Source: Candidatus Saccharimonadia bacterium (GTDB taxonomy: Bacteria > Patescibacteriota > Saccharimonadia > Saccharimonadales > 2-12-FULL-41-12). From it: a stretch of 64,000 nt of DNA. Shown one piece after another: positions 50,112 through 60,076 of the stretch (position 1 is the stretch's first letter; each line of letters starts with the position of its first letter). The position numbers and the translations under genes were made by a program. The notes beneath the pieces are model-generated. The model had not been told where the DNA came from and did not search any database. It worked only from the letters and a program-made list of their open reading frames with translations. The stretch lies in contig OY970327.1 of assembly GCA_963717365.1 (NCBI GenBank), positions 720,348 through 784,347 on the forward strand. Reading direction: 5' to 3'.

Positions 50112-50639
50112 ATGACTCCCGAAAATCTAATAAATCCGCTGGCGGATCATCTTGAAGTAGCATCTAACCCAAATGCTGTGAGACGACCCTCGCAGGTAAC
50201 TCTTCGTACGCTGCTCGAATGTATGGGAGTGCAGATCAATCTTACCTCTGAGTCCATCAACTATTCTTCACAGATATTTTCTAAAGGCACGCTTGGTACA
50301 TCACAGCCTGAAGCCATTGGACACATTCATCAATGCGAGACAAGTGGCCAAACTGACACAACACTTAATACCGATTATTTTATTTTAGATACGCCCGACG
50401 GTCTGCTTATTGAAAAACGCGGTCGACTATTCGAATCTATTATTCTTGCGCATGGCGGATTCACCAGTGCTAAAGAACGAAATGAAAAGTTTGGACGGAT
50501 TATGAATAGTTTTGCGGCGCAGAAAGAGGCGCATCATCTTGAAGATGAACTGGGACTCAATTTTGTCTCAGAAGATGAAGCTCAGAACCTAATAAATATT
50601 CTCTCCCGTAAGACCGATGGTCCAGGAGCAAGTGTCTAA
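50112..50639 (+). CDS. Hypothetical protein, paralog family A
   Basis: Close paralog of 47263..47775. Confidence 0.8.
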   Translation: MTPENLINPLADHLEVASNPNAVRRPSQVTLRTLLECMGVQINLTSESINYSSQIFSKGTLGTSQPEAIGHIHQCETSGQTDTTLNTDYFILDTPDGLLIEKRGRLFESIILAHGGFTSAKERNEKFGRIMNSFAAQKEAHHLEDELGLNFVSEDEAQNLINILSRKTDGPGASV

Positions 50640-50668
50640 ATTAAAGACACATTGTCAGAAGTAATATC

Positions 50669-50941
50669 ATGAATAAAAAACGTATCGCGGAAATTGCAAC
50701 AGTCCTTGCCTTTGCTACCCCGCTGGCCTATGCCGACAATAGCTTAGCTACTACTCAACACGCGGCTGACCCACCCCCAGTCATCACAGAATATCAGCCG
50801 CCAATGGCCATGAGTAATACGGCGGAATATGCTCTTTTGACTGGCGTACTTGTTGTTGCCGCAGCCTTCGCTGCCAGTGGCAAATACTTTCGACCTGACG
50901 AACCCGATGATGAAAACCAAAGAATCGATAGCGAACTTTAA
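50669..50941 (+). CDS. Small secreted/membrane-anchored protein
   Basis: Signal peptide ending LAYA and a C-terminal TM helix. Confidence 0.6.
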   Translation: MNKKRIAEIATVLAFATPLAYADNSLATTQHAADPPPVITEYQPPMAMSNTAEYALLTGVLVVAAAFAASGKYFRPDEPDDENQRIDSEL

Positions 50942-50969
50942 TTACCTACAAAGTAATACTTAATTTGAA

Positions 50970-51668
50970 ATGGCAAAACGCACAATATCTATAGAGTCTA
51001 ATAACCAGCAACTTGATGGCAGACTTTTTATACCTACCCAAGCTGAAGGGAGTGCCATCCTTTTTATACATGGATTTGGGGCGCGCGGCCGAACTTGCGA
51101 GCAATACGCCAAACGCTTGGTAAAAGCCGGCATCGTGAGCCTGACTTTTGATTTGTCGGGTCATGGAGACAGCACTGGAAACAGTAGCGACCTCTCGGTA
51201 AACGACCACGTATCAGATGTTGATAGCGCCTTTGATTATTTAAGGTCGCAAAATGAGGTCGCCATAGACCCGAAACGTATTGGTATAGCGGGAATGAGCT
51301 ATGGAGGATACTTAGCTTTGCTGCCCAGTGGCACCAGAAACGCCAAAAGCTTACTCCTCCGCTCACCCCCGCTTTACCCCAAAGCGCTGCAAGGGATTGC
51401 CCGCCGCGAATACACCGATGAACAGGCACTGCAAAGCGTCCCAGAGTTAGATAATCCTGCTCTGCAGGCACTTCATACTTTTGCCGGTAAGGTATGTTTG
51501 GTGACTTCAGAGTTAGACACCGTTGTAGCACCTGTTTTCACCAATCTTTACGCGCAAACAGCTATAAGTTGCGAAGAATTTGTGCTCAAAGGAGCTCACC
51601 ACTCGCTTGACTCCTTCTCTCAGCAGCAATTTCTGCCTATTGTAGATACTTGGGCGGCTGAATTATAG
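50970..51668 (+). CDS. Alpha/beta hydrolase
   Basis: FIHGFG, DLSGHGDS, GMSYGG nucleophile elbow, D..V, GAHH. Confidence 0.88.
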   Translation: MAKRTISIESNNQQLDGRLFIPTQAEGSAILFIHGFGARGRTCEQYAKRLVKAGIVSLTFDLSGHGDSTGNSSDLSVNDHVSDVDSAFDYLRSQNEVAIDPKRIGIAGMSYGGYLALLPSGTRNAKSLLLRSPPLYPKALQGIARREYTDEQALQSVPELDNPALQALHTFAGKVCLVTSELDTVVAPVFTNLYAQTAISCEEFVLKGAHHSLDSFSQQQFLPIVDTWAAEL

Positions 51669-51697
51669 TATTGTAAATTTATGTAAAGAAATTGTAT

Positions 51698-52222
51698 ATG
51701 TCTGAACGCACCTATAACTCTGAAACAACTGATGCTCGCTTTCGTGTGCAGTACCCTCATATAAGCGGCCACTATGCTGTCATTGACACGGCTCCTCATG
51801 GCAGTCTTGTTGCGCTAGGTAACGAAGAGCACGCACTGGGTGCGGTTGAAGCTTTAAATGCAGCAACAAATCCTGCAATCGACGAGGTTGATGCTGTGAT
51901 TGCGCTTCGCGACGTGAATCCTGCCCATAGGTGGCGAGTAATGGGATACTTGACAACTTTAGTGAGAAGAGAAATTAGAGAAGGTGCGGAACCGCAGTTA
52001 GACACCTCAAGCCTTGATGCGCTCGACGATGAAACAGCGCATCTCATAACAGACGCTTTAATGGCAGCTGTCTATCCGCGCCCTACCGAAAATGACTTAA
52101 ACTTATTAGGGGTAGATCTGTTAGAAAATCCTAACGATGCGCTCAAGATGGTACCCGATGAACAAAAATGGCGCGTTTCATTAACACTTGCAAGGCTATT
52201 ACGACAATCTCAGTCGCACTAG
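51698..52222 (+). CDS. Hypothetical protein
   Basis: ~174 aa; possible internal repeat (HRWRVM / QKWRVS). Confidence 0.65.
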   Translation: MSERTYNSETTDARFRVQYPHISGHYAVIDTAPHGSLVALGNEEHALGAVEALNAATNPAIDEVDAVIALRDVNPAHRWRVMGYLTTLVRREIREGAEPQLDTSSLDALDDETAHLITDALMAAVYPRPTENDLNLLGVDLLENPNDALKMVPDEQKWRVSLTLARLLRQSQSH

Positions 52223-52261
52223 ACATATCATAACTATCTAAAATTCGACTTCAGTCTTAGG

Positions 52262-52296
52262 ATAAAAATTCCAGCTCAATACATTACAGTTCACCA
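52262..52296. repeat. Degenerate att scar, copy 5
   Basis: Minus strand TGG TGA ACT GTA ATG TAT TGA GC TGG AAT TTT TAT; TTGACT 4 nt after the CCA. Confidence 0.45.
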
Positions 52297-52470
52297 TTTT
52301 TTGACTAAATCTCTATTTTGTGGTATCTTATATTTATCCTTCTGTTGAGTTATCTCCAGAGGTGTTTTTTAACAAGCTCTCTGTTTGATGTGAATGAGCA
52401 AAAGCGTATCTTTAAAGTACTTTTTTGCTCATTCACATCCATCGACAACCGCAGTTCTTAAGAGACCTCA

Positions 52471-52701
52471 TTGAAGGTTTCAGGGTTCGAACAGACCGTG
52501 CTCAGACGCATGGTGCCGTGGTTTCTACTCAACATGGTTATGTTCGTAATCATCTTGATCCTGTTTGCCCTCGGCGCGATCGCTTTCGGACGTTTCCTTT
52601 CCCTGTTCGCCCTCGGCGAGCTTGGCTTCGGCATGGCTGGAAACCAAGAAGCGACGCAAAGAATGCGACAGCAAGGTGTCGTATCTGACACCAAGCAGTA
52701 G
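52471..52701 (+). CDS. Small hydrophobic protein (start uncertain)
   Basis: TM segment; strongly C-ending codons. Confidence 0.55.
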   Translation: MKVSGFEQTVLRRMVPWFLLNMVMFVIILILFALGAIAFGRFLSLFALGELGFGMAGNQEATQRMRQQGVVSDTKQ

Positions 52702-52764
52702 GACTCATCGCCGTACAACATCCGGCCAATAGGCCAACACCTCAACACCAAATCGGAGGCAGTT

Positions 52765-52968
52765 ATGGGCATTCAGGCGCTCGCAGCCATCATCATCGTC
52801 ATCGCAGTTGCCGTCGGCATCATCATCGCCGTCACCGGTTCGCTCACCACAGGGGTGATCATCGCCGTTGTCGGCTTCGCCATCGGAGCGGTCATGGGCA
52901 TCATCAACGTCGTCAAGCTCTGGCGCAACCCGAGCAAGATGATCCCCAAGTTCCCCAAGAACTGGTAG
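52765..52968 (+). CDS. Small 2-TM protein
   Basis: GGAGG RBS; Ile/Val/Gly-rich; almost all codons C/G-ending. Confidence 0.7.
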   Translation: MGIQALAAIIIVIAVAVGIIIAVTGSLTTGVIIAVVGFAIGAVMGIINVVKLWRNPSKMIPKFPKNW

Positions 52969-53223
52969 TCGTAGCAGAGAGCTACCAAGAGGAAAAGAAC
53001 AGATTTGAGTGCAGTATTGCTCTCGTCCTATTATTTTTCTCTTGGCAGTTCCCTAAGCTTACTAAGTTAGCCGGCTTAGGCAACTGCCATTATTAATTAC
53101 CCAAACCAAAATTATAATTTATCGGGCCTTATTGATAAACTCTATATTTAAGATATTTTGCAATAATATCGCTATTATGGTATTATAAGATAAATATAAT
53201 CATTCCTTAGGTAAAGGCCACAA

Positions 53224-54405
53224 ATGAGATCGTTACAACCTGTAAATATTGCCGAATATACCCCAACTGGGTCTATTGAGAGACCTATCTATCTCGATAG
53301 TAATGTCTTTTACAATCCTGTTAACATACGCTCAACTCCTGAATTAGAAGTAATTGCTGACCAAGCCGTAACTTCTCTAATGGAAGATGGTTATTACGAG
53401 AACGAAGCAGTTCGCTACGTCAGTCTGCGCATTCATGCCGCAGCTTCCTTTGCTATAACAGCAGCTTCTCAAGAGGAACTTCAGACTAAAATCATGGAGA
53501 CTCCAACCGCTCCAGCAATGAGGGGGAGGGATAAGTCGACCATTATTACACCAAGCGAAGCCATCGATATTGCGCCTTTTTTGCCGCATGTTTCGCCCTA
53601 CTCGTTTGATCTGGACGAATGGTTACTAAATAACACCGAAATTACCGAAAACTGGGAGGTCACTCGGCCTTCTCTCCGCTGGCTTCGTCTATGGGAAACA
53701 ACCACTTCCTCATCTGTCATTGAGCAATTATTGAATAGATGCGTAAAGATTGAGGGCCTAAGTGGTCTCGACCAAGTAGCTATTCATAGCAGCAAAATAC
53801 TTCAGGTTCTAAAAGATAAGCCAGCCGCGATTGATCAACTGCTAGGCGCATTAGGAGACGATCAGACATTAGCATTATTTGGTGAGCTTGGGTCAGACAA
53901 CCCCTATATTGGAGACTGGGCAGACCCTATTAAAGACAATGAGCCTTACCTTGTTGATGAAGTACAACAAGTCCGACACGTAGACCATTTTGCTGGTGGC
54001 TGCAGTAAGATGACTCGGTGGCATATTTCATCATTGCTTCATGAGACCGACTGGGGCCCTGAAGCATATGGCGATGTAGTATTAATATCGGTAAAGGGCA
54101 CACTTGTAGGCTCTTTGGAGATGGTAGGCGAACATTCCCTGTTAGCATTGAAAAACATTAAAGACTCGAACCAAAAACTTCCGTTAGTTGCCGGTGGTGT
54201 CTATGTACCAAGAAAAGAGATAGTTGATAAGGCTAAAGCTATTTTTGTCTCACAGGGTAAATGGGCCCACATGGATCTGGATAAACTCAGAGTGCGGCCG
54301 CTCCGCTTTTTAAATATCGGCGAACCGCACCATCTTCATAGTTTAAATCAGACCTTAGCAGATATTAATTCTATTTACCCTGAACTGGCAGACAAAGTTA
54401 ATTGA
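53224..54405 (+). CDS. Hypothetical protein
   Basis: 393 aa ORF with its own AT-rich promoter region. Confidence 0.72.
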   Translation: MRSLQPVNIAEYTPTGSIERPIYLDSNVFYNPVNIRSTPELEVIADQAVTSLMEDGYYENEAVRYVSLRIHAAASFAITAASQEELQTKIMETPTAPAMRGRDKSTIITPSEAIDIAPFLPHVSPYSFDLDEWLLNNTEITENWEVTRPSLRWLRLWETTTSSSVIEQLLNRCVKIEGLSGLDQVAIHSSKILQVLKDKPAAIDQLLGALGDDQTLALFGELGSDNPYIGDWADPIKDNEPYLVDEVQQVRHVDHFAGGCSKMTRWHISSLLHETDWGPEAYGDVVLISVKGTLVGSLEMVGEHSLLALKNIKDSNQKLPLVAGGVYVPRKEIVDKAKAIFVSQGKWAHMDLDKLRVRPLRFLNIGEPHHLHSLNQTLADINSIYPELADKVN

Positions 54406-54435
54406 CCAACAATAAATTTATTGTATTATAATTTT

Positions 54436-55044
54436 ATGTTATTCGCTTATAAAGAGATTCAACCTAGCTACCTACACCCATTTGAAGCCAGCCAAGAGGG
54501 TTACACTGCTCTTTCCAGCGGTAAGGTAGCATTATTAGGATATGACCATAGCCCCTCTCGACCCGACCTTATTTCGCGTTCCATTGCGGAGGTGCTGCTT
54601 CAAACTCAGTCTAGCGCGATAATGCACTTTGAGCCGCCGGTGCCATCCGGCAATCCCCTAACCGAACCAAGCAGTAAAGGACTCATGCTGGCAGCAAACT
54701 ATCATAATGGACATAGCGAGGGAAAATATAAGATCGTTCTTCAGGATCCATCTAATCCAGAAGTAGGTCAATGGCTATTGTGGGCTCCCCCAGATTCCGA
54801 TAATAAAACCTTTTACAAAAGAGCTAGCTTTTATGGCAGTGGAAATGGCTACGGTTTTGAAAATAGCCCCACAAATCCCGAAAAAATTCATAACTACTTT
54901 ATGCACTCCGGAACAACCGACGAAGCGATTCAGTCATTTAGAGAACTAGGTTTTACTTTTGTGGACAGAATTTTAGGCGCAGATTACGATGATCCTGAAT
55001 ATGAACGTTTGCGAGCTTTAACTGCAAAGTCAGACCCCTACTGA
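54436..55044 (+). CDS. Hypothetical protein (possibly frameshifted at the 3' end)
   Basis: ~202 aa; protein-like reading continues in another frame to ~55156. Confidence 0.65.
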   Translation: MLFAYKEIQPSYLHPFEASQEGYTALSSGKVALLGYDHSPSRPDLISRSIAEVLLQTQSSAIMHFEPPVPSGNPLTEPSSKGLMLAANYHNGHSEGKYKIVLQDPSNPEVGQWLLWAPPDSDNKTFYKRASFYGSGNGYGFENSPTNPEKIHNYFMHSGTTDEAIQSFRELGFTFVDRILGADYDDPEYERLRALTAKSDPY

Positions 55045-55249
55045 GATCCATTACACTACGCGTACTGAGGTACCGAGAGAAAACGTTAAATTTTGGGAGA
55101 ATCTCCGAGAGGATGGTGCCCTCAACCTTGCCATCGAACGGCATAAAGAGTCGTAAAACCAACCAGAATAACACTTCAAAGTTCAGTTTAGCGGTCTTTT
55201 GGGAGGGAGACTGTTGACATTTTTATTAAATTGTATTATACTTAGTATT

Positions 55250-55636
55250 ATGAAGAAGCCTTTGGAAGCATTTATCACAGAAGTTAATGGTTGGCTGCAA
55301 GACGCAGAAAAATCAGGCGTTCCTTATGTTATGGCCACAGAAGACGGCGGCGTTCGTCCAAGCCACAAAGTTGACTCAAGAGACCCCCTAAAAATGACTC
55401 GTTATGGCTTATTTACTAATCGAGCACCCAGAGTTGTAGGGGAACTAGCAATTCTAGGCTTCGCAGCCAGAGATTCATCTAAGGGGCTTGATGAAAAAAT
55501 ATCTCTACGCGCAATTTATGCAGGTCCGGACGGCGCAATTTATGCAGGTAGAGCTAGTGACACCGAGCATCTCTTAACTGCTGCTGCAGCCACAATGATG
55601 CAACAAATGGGCCAAGATCACTTCGATAAATATTAA
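55250..55636 (+). CDS. Hypothetical protein (leaderless)
   Basis: TTGACA(55214)-17-TATACT-7 nt-ATG. Confidence 0.7.
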   Translation: MKKPLEAFITEVNGWLQDAEKSGVPYVMATEDGGVRPSHKVDSRDPLKMTRYGLFTNRAPRVVGELAILGFAARDSSKGLDEKISLRAIYAGPDGAIYAGRASDTEHLLTAAAATMMQQMGQDHFDKY

Positions 55637-55794
55637 ACGCTTACACAAATAATTATCTAACGAGTCTTTATGTTGCTGCGTCAAAAAATACCATCGACAA
55701 AAATAGGGCCAAACATAATAACCATTGACAAATTATTTGTTTTATGATAGTATTTTTCATAAGAACGCACTACAAAATAGAAAGAAAATTCAAC

Positions 55795-56502
55795 ATGTCA
55801 TCATCAATGAATGCCTTACAAAAAGCCAACGGAGACTCGTATTCCGATGATCCGGGCGCAGATCATAACAAACAGGCAGTTGCACTGGGCAGTCTCGTAA
55901 CCCCTGAAGTAAGTCCGGCTGTCCGCGGCGATATCGTGGTGCATGGCAATGACCAAGAGCAGTGGGCGCGTCCGGAAACAGGCTTATCAACAGAATTAGC
56001 GGTTGTTCACTTAGGTAGAAAAGTTGATTCAACTGGTTGGAACGCCGGTTTCCAAGATATGTTCGAGACCCCTGTTCCAGATGCAGGAATTGCATTCGGG
56101 GTGTACCAAACGTCATATGGTGGAACTGGAATAAAGGCAAAAGCGCTAAAGGGTTACCGCGTTGAGGCGGCAGAAATTGACCCTGAAACACAACAGGTAA
56201 CCTGGCAGCAGCCTGTTCGTGACCTTGATGACCAGGTAACAGTTGCATCAGACCGGGGCAATCTATCTGATAGCAGTTTATTCGATGAAAAATGGGGACA
56301 AGGCAATACTGGTAATCCCGGCACCAGAGCCGGTATCGTACGAGTCACCGGACCCGATGCCCAAGTTAAGTATTTTGCCCTTGGCGCTAACTTTGAAGGC
56401 GAACCGGATGACTGGCAGGTTGCCGGCGGCATCATAGAAGTTAAACCGCATCAAACCAAGTCCCTGCCCGGCTCCCAGGCAGAACTTCCTTCCGGAGAAT
56501 AA
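55795..56502 (+). CDS. Hypothetical beta-rich protein
   Basis: ~235 aa; TTGACA promoter at 55725. Confidence 0.7.
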   Translation: MSSSMNALQKANGDSYSDDPGADHNKQAVALGSLVTPEVSPAVRGDIVVHGNDQEQWARPETGLSTELAVVHLGRKVDSTGWNAGFQDMFETPVPDAGIAFGVYQTSYGGTGIKAKALKGYRVEAAEIDPETQQVTWQQPVRDLDDQVTVASDRGNLSDSSLFDEKWGQGNTGNPGTRAGIVRVTGPDAQVKYFALGANFEGEPDDWQVAGGIIEVKPHQTKSLPGSQAELPSGE

Positions 56503-56730
56503 TCATGATAACCCGCAGCAGACCAATCGATATAGACACGGTTAGAGACTACTATATAGCCACCGACTTAGTCGATTCCAAAAGCACTCTCTAAGGACAC
56601 GTTAGTGCAGCTCTCAAGACATCGTTAGTACTTCCCTCTTTGCAAGATATAAATAACTTACTGTCCTAGATTATTGACCAATCTTAATTATTATGATATA
56701 TTTTATATTAAATGTACGAAGTGAATAATT

Positions 56731-57345
56731 ATGCCGTTTAATAGTAATGAAAGAGCTTTGTTTGAAGTTGGTGCGCGAGCCATGGCTGAAGGAGGACCAG
56801 AACCTGACGTAAGTCTTGCGCTTATGAACGAGCCATTTTATACCCCTGGAGCTGTACCAGAATTTTTGGCGGCAACAGTTGAGCAATTAACCGATGGTAA
56901 GCGAAGTGTCCGCGAAGCAGACTGCGCCTTGTTTGCTAGCAAAATAATGGGCATATTTGCCTATATGGTTGTGTGCGATGGCTCTACTCGCAGCGGAAAA
57001 GTAACAGAACTTACCGAGGATATGCGCTTAGTTGGCGCTGGGCCGTATCAACCTGGCTTCGAATTTGACCTTAAACCAGCCCTACCCGAAGCAGTAAAGA
57101 GCTACAGAGAACATGTCGACAAAAGCAGACGAAAACGTGAGGAAGCTGATCAGGCAAAAGAAGACACAGAAATCTTTTTGGTGAATATTACCAGTCGGGC
57201 GCGCAGCCTTGCTTTGCAGACTCAAAATACTGAAGCAATAGAATATATTGACTCGCTAACTCACCCGAAACTTACTGATGCTGCCCGTGCCTATCGCATG
57301 CTCGGCACCTCAATTCAAGATATTTTAGCAGATGACTCCCAGTAG
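56731..57345 (+). CDS. Hypothetical protein
   Basis: 204 aa ORF with an upstream promoter. Confidence 0.7.
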   Translation: MPFNSNERALFEVGARAMAEGGPEPDVSLALMNEPFYTPGAVPEFLAATVEQLTDGKRSVREADCALFASKIMGIFAYMVVCDGSTRSGKVTELTEDMRLVGAGPYQPGFEFDLKPALPEAVKSYREHVDKSRRKREEADQAKEDTEIFLVNITSRARSLALQTQNTEAIEYIDSLTHPKLTDAARAYRMLGTSIQDILADDSQ

Positions 57346-57367
57346 ATTAATCTAGATAATTATTGTT

Positions 57368-58183
57368 ATGGCTTCACGCGAAAAATACTCAAATCACGAG
57401 CAAGCAACCATAATGGAACTTGACGCTTACCAATGGCATGACCGTATTGATGAATTAGTTGCAGAGGGCGCACGGATCATTGCCTTTCGAGGGGCTGGAA
57501 CCGTGAACGGTATTGATCCTGCGGCCGCCGAGTCGGTAGCCGCTACGGTAGCCAACTATGTAGGTGAGCTTGCCGAAAGCGGAACCACTATTGCGCTCAT
57601 ATTTGATGGCGACGAAGATAATCGCTCTAAACCAGATATTGGATCGGTCTTTGGCAGTATTACCGATGCCCTAAAGGATAAACCTAACGTAGTAGCTATC
57701 ACGGCTCAGACAAAAAACTGGTACTATCCAAAAACCGACGGTGGAGCCCTTGCAACCGCAACCGGTAATCCTTACGAAACATATGTATTCCCTGATGACC
57801 TTCCCGGAAGCCACGCCGCCCTCACTCAATCACAAGCACTGGTTTCATACCCAAATTATGAACAAATCTTTGTTGGTCCGGTCGGCCCTATCGCGCTTAG
57901 CCAATTAAAGGATCTGAGCGCTAAGGCCATTGGCCGTACTGAACACGCAGGCCCATTTCTTGTTACCATTTATGGAACACCAGGTAACGACGCGCTTCAT
58001 CAGGAGCTAGAAGAACAACTCGCTGGGGCAGCCGATGAACAATCATATACAAAAGTCGCCGCCAAAATCATCCAACGAGTGTCCAAGCCATACGGCTCAC
58101 TCTTTAATGCTGATGGGAAGTTTGCTATTGACCCCTACGACTATCCTGGCCTTGAATTTAGTCTAATTTTATCAAAAAAGTAA
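57368..58183 (+). CDS. Hypothetical protein, possible Rossmann/SLOG-like fold
   Basis: RIIAFRGAG, ALIFDGD, IFVGPVG beta-alpha pattern; the fold call is speculative. Confidence 0.6.
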   Translation: MASREKYSNHEQATIMELDAYQWHDRIDELVAEGARIIAFRGAGTVNGIDPAAAESVAATVANYVGELAESGTTIALIFDGDEDNRSKPDIGSVFGSITDALKDKPNVVAITAQTKNWYYPKTDGGALATATGNPYETYVFPDDLPGSHAALTQSQALVSYPNYEQIFVGPVGPIALSQLKDLSAKAIGRTEHAGPFLVTIYGTPGNDALHQELEEQLAGAADEQSYTKVAAKIIQRVSKPYGSLFNADGKFAIDPYDYPGLEFSLILSKK

Positions 58184-58238
58184 TTAATTTCATATCTGCT
58201 AAATTGACTAATTAGTATTTATATTATAATGTACTATT

Positions 58239-58652
58239 GTGAAAGAGATATTTATTAAGCCGTTAACGGCTATCGGTTTAGTGGTTGCTCTAGGCGCGAC
58301 TGGTTGCGGCGGCTCACAATCTCGAAACGAGACGAAGACTACCGCCCTAGCTGAATATCTAGATGCAATGATAAAGCCAAAAACCACTATTTTCGAGGAA
58401 TATACGCGCAAAGAGAAGACTCCAAGCGGCAGTGTAACTGAAACAAGAACGCTCGACTGTACCAAAGATAATACCTTGCAAGTTACAACTACAAGTGAGG
58501 AATATCTAACCGACTTTACTGTCACCAACGATCCTCAAGACAAAGAACCTAATTTTACTATCAGGCGAGACAAAGATATTATTAACAGCCCGCAATGCGA
58601 AAATGGATCAGTAGTAACCCCTACCCCGGGCGATGAGCTATCAGGAAAATAG
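58239..58652 (+). CDS. Putative lipoprotein
   Basis: Signal peptide with LGATGC lipobox-like motif. Confidence 0.65.
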   Translation: MKEIFIKPLTAIGLVVALGATGCGGSQSRNETKTTALAEYLDAMIKPKTTIFEEYTRKEKTPSGSVTETRTLDCTKDNTLQVTTTSEEYLTDFTVTNDPQDKEPNFTIRRDKDIINSPQCENGSVVTPTPGDELSGK

Positions 58653-58654
58653 TT

Positions 58655-59203
58655 ATGAATGTCTACCAAAAAGCACCAACGGAATACGAAAACTTAGCCG
58701 ATCGCATTGGTCGGCAGACCGTTGCCGTATTAGCGGCATCAGAATTACTGGTTGAGAAACTAGCCGAACGCAACCTGCGCGTAACTGCAGTAGAATCTTG
58801 CACCGGCGGCGCGCTTTCGGCATTTATAACGGCCATCCCTGGATCCAGTGTAATCGTAAACGACGGACTGGTAACCTACTGCACTGAATCAAAAGTTGCT
58901 CATGGCGTCCCCAAGACCACAATTGATCAATACTCCGTCTATTCTACCGAAACAGCAGTCGCGATGGCCCGAGCTGGACTACGAAACTCTGTTGGCGCAG
59001 ACATAGGAATTGGTATAACTGGCAGCCTGTCACGGCCCGACCCGAACAATAGCAATTCTATCCCGGGTGAAGTGCATTTAGGTATTGTCTTCGGCAAAAA
59101 CGTCGCAGAACGCACCTTGATAATCCCCGAGGAAAACCGCTGGGAAGCAAAAATGCACATTGTACAGTCCACTATTGATGAATTATATTCCATACTGGGT
59201 TAA
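58655..59203 (+). CDS. CinA C-terminal / PncC-family NMN deamidase
   Basis: AVESCTGG, IPGSS, VTYC.ESK, AVAMA, GITG. Confidence 0.88.
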   Translation: MNVYQKAPTEYENLADRIGRQTVAVLAASELLVEKLAERNLRVTAVESCTGGALSAFITAIPGSSVIVNDGLVTYCTESKVAHGVPKTTIDQYSVYSTETAVAMARAGLRNSVGADIGIGITGSLSRPDPNNSNSIPGEVHLGIVFGKNVAERTLIIPEENRWEAKMHIVQSTIDELYSILG

Positions 59204-59293
59204 GTGCTCATATTTCCAAGTCTCACTCTGACCTAACTCGGTAGTGTCATAAATTATACAAATTATCTCTGTTGAAGTTGATACGCTGTAGGG

Positions 59294-59479
59294 ATGAAAG
59301 AAATGAGTAAGACAAGCGGAAAAGTATACTTAACTTTGGCGGCGGTGTTTTTTTATGCGGCCGGAATTATTACGTTTCTTACTGATAATCAGTCGTCAAG
59401 CGCCATCGGCTGGATGTTTATCGTGCTCGGTAGCATGCAACTTACGCTGATTGCAGCCTTGAATACAAAAAAGTCATAA
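59294..59479 (+). CDS. Small 2-TM protein
   Basis: 61 aa; two hydrophobic helices. Confidence 0.55.
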   Translation: MKEMSKTSGKVYLTLAAVFFYAAGIITFLTDNQSSSAIGWMFIVLGSMQLTLIAALNTKKS

Positions 59480-59555
59480 ACCACTAAGTTGACATTTTAA
59501 CGCTTTTATGCTAGTATTGTATAATCTAATCAACGCAATAAATGTAAAAATCAAA

Positions 59556-60071
59556 ATGTCAGAAAAACAAACAAAAATACGAGAAGCATCACCGGAAGAT
59601 ATAAAAAATCTATACGCCCAGTGTGCTAACCTGCTAGTAACTTCTCCTGATAAAATCATAAAGCCATCTTATACGGACGGTATGTTGGTTGTCAGTGTCC
59701 CGCTTGAAACAACCGATGGGAAATGGCTCAATTTAAGTTGGTTGCGGCCTGCAAATCCACAAGATCCTACTACGGAGTGGGACGATATTCCGGTTCAGTT
59801 TTCAGATCCAGAAGGCGAACTTAGCTGGCAGACACCGATCGATATTAAAGTTTACGACCAAGCAACTGGCAGCCAGTTGAACGATTACATTATTGAAAAC
59901 GCGGGTTATGAGAGCGACGGCACCTGTTATGAAGCTCGCGCCGAAGACGGGTTTCGGTGTGGCTGGTCCGCCGTAGAATCTGGTTTGGATAACGGTGAAA
60001 TGACCACTCGGGAGGTCAATGGACTTCTGGCCCAAATTGACGCTGTCCTAACTGGTCAATTTCAAGAGTAA
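59556..60071 (+). CDS. Hypothetical protein
   Basis: ~171 aa; TTGACA promoter at 59489. Confidence 0.68.
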   Translation: MSEKQTKIREASPEDIKNLYAQCANLLVTSPDKIIKPSYTDGMLVVSVPLETTDGKWLNLSWLRPANPQDPTTEWDDIPVQFSDPEGELSWQTPIDIKVYDQATGSQLNDYIIENAGYESDGTCYEARAEDGFRCGWSAVESGLDNGEMTTREVNGLLAQIDAVLTGQFQE

Positions 60072-60076
60072 TTACA

